Under the pieces are notes generated by a model. That model saw only the letters and a program-made list of their open reading frames with translations, searched no databases and was not told the DNA's origin. From Chiloscyllium plagiosum (lineage: Eukaryota): DNA of 20,000 bases. Location: NCBI RefSeq assembly GCF_004010195.1, contig NC_057728.1, positions 49,854,207 to 49,874,206 of the forward strand, written 5' to 3'. The position numbers and the translations under genes are program-made. This document shows, in pieces, positions 19,681 to 20,000 of this stretch. Numbering within the stretch: position 1 is the first letter of the stretch; every line of letters starts with the position of its first letter.

Positions 19681-20000
19681 TAGAGTCATAGAGTCATAGA
19701 GATGTACAATATAGAAACAGACCCTTCGGTCCAACCCATCCATGCTGACCAGATATCCCAACCCAATCTAGTCCCACCTGCCAGCACCTGGCCTATATCC
19801 CTCCAAACCCTTCCCATTCATATACCCATCCAAATGCCTCTTAAATGTTGCAATTATACCAGCCTCCACCACTTCCTCTGGCAGCTCATTCCATACACGC
19901 ACCACCCTCTGTGTGAAAACGTTGCCCCTTAGGTCTCTTTTATATCTTTCCCCTCTCACCCTAAACCTATGCCCTCTAGTTCTGGACTCCCCGACCCCAG
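19681..20000 (-). mobile_element. Young CR1 (HER1-like) LINE 3' end, continuing beyond the window
   Basis: Minus ORF RGERYKRDLRGNVFTQRVVRVWNELPEEVVEAGIIATFKRHLDGYM and an 8-bp (catagagt) tail repeat at 19681-19700. Confidence 0.94.

Overview
Eukaryotic, intron- and repeat-rich DNA, most likely from a shark or another cartilaginous fish. This is inferred from HE1-type SINEs, SacSINE1/Deu-type SINEs, CR1 LINE 3' ends and Penelope-like termini. The window holds the last six coding exons of one + strand tetraspanin of the CD9/TSPAN2 subfamily: 558-655, 8773-8847, 10754-10852, 12553-12618, 15258-15341 and 15426-15491. All have GT-AG boundaries and splice into one open frame of about 162 aa ending in TAA; the first two coding exons lie upstream of the window. 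The protein is atypical: both juxtamembrane CC palmitoylation pairs are replaced, the large extracellular loop has an odd fifth Cys, and the variable subdomain is very short. The introns contain SINE and LINE fragments, a TA-flanked MITE, several palindromic Penelope-like insertions with hammerhead-like cores, and a 34-nt inverted templated insertion inside a SINE promoter. Almost all ORFs in the supplied track are spurious or transposon-derived. I see no evidence of a wholly new multi-gene system. Repeat family names and human reference sequences are from memory, not from a search.
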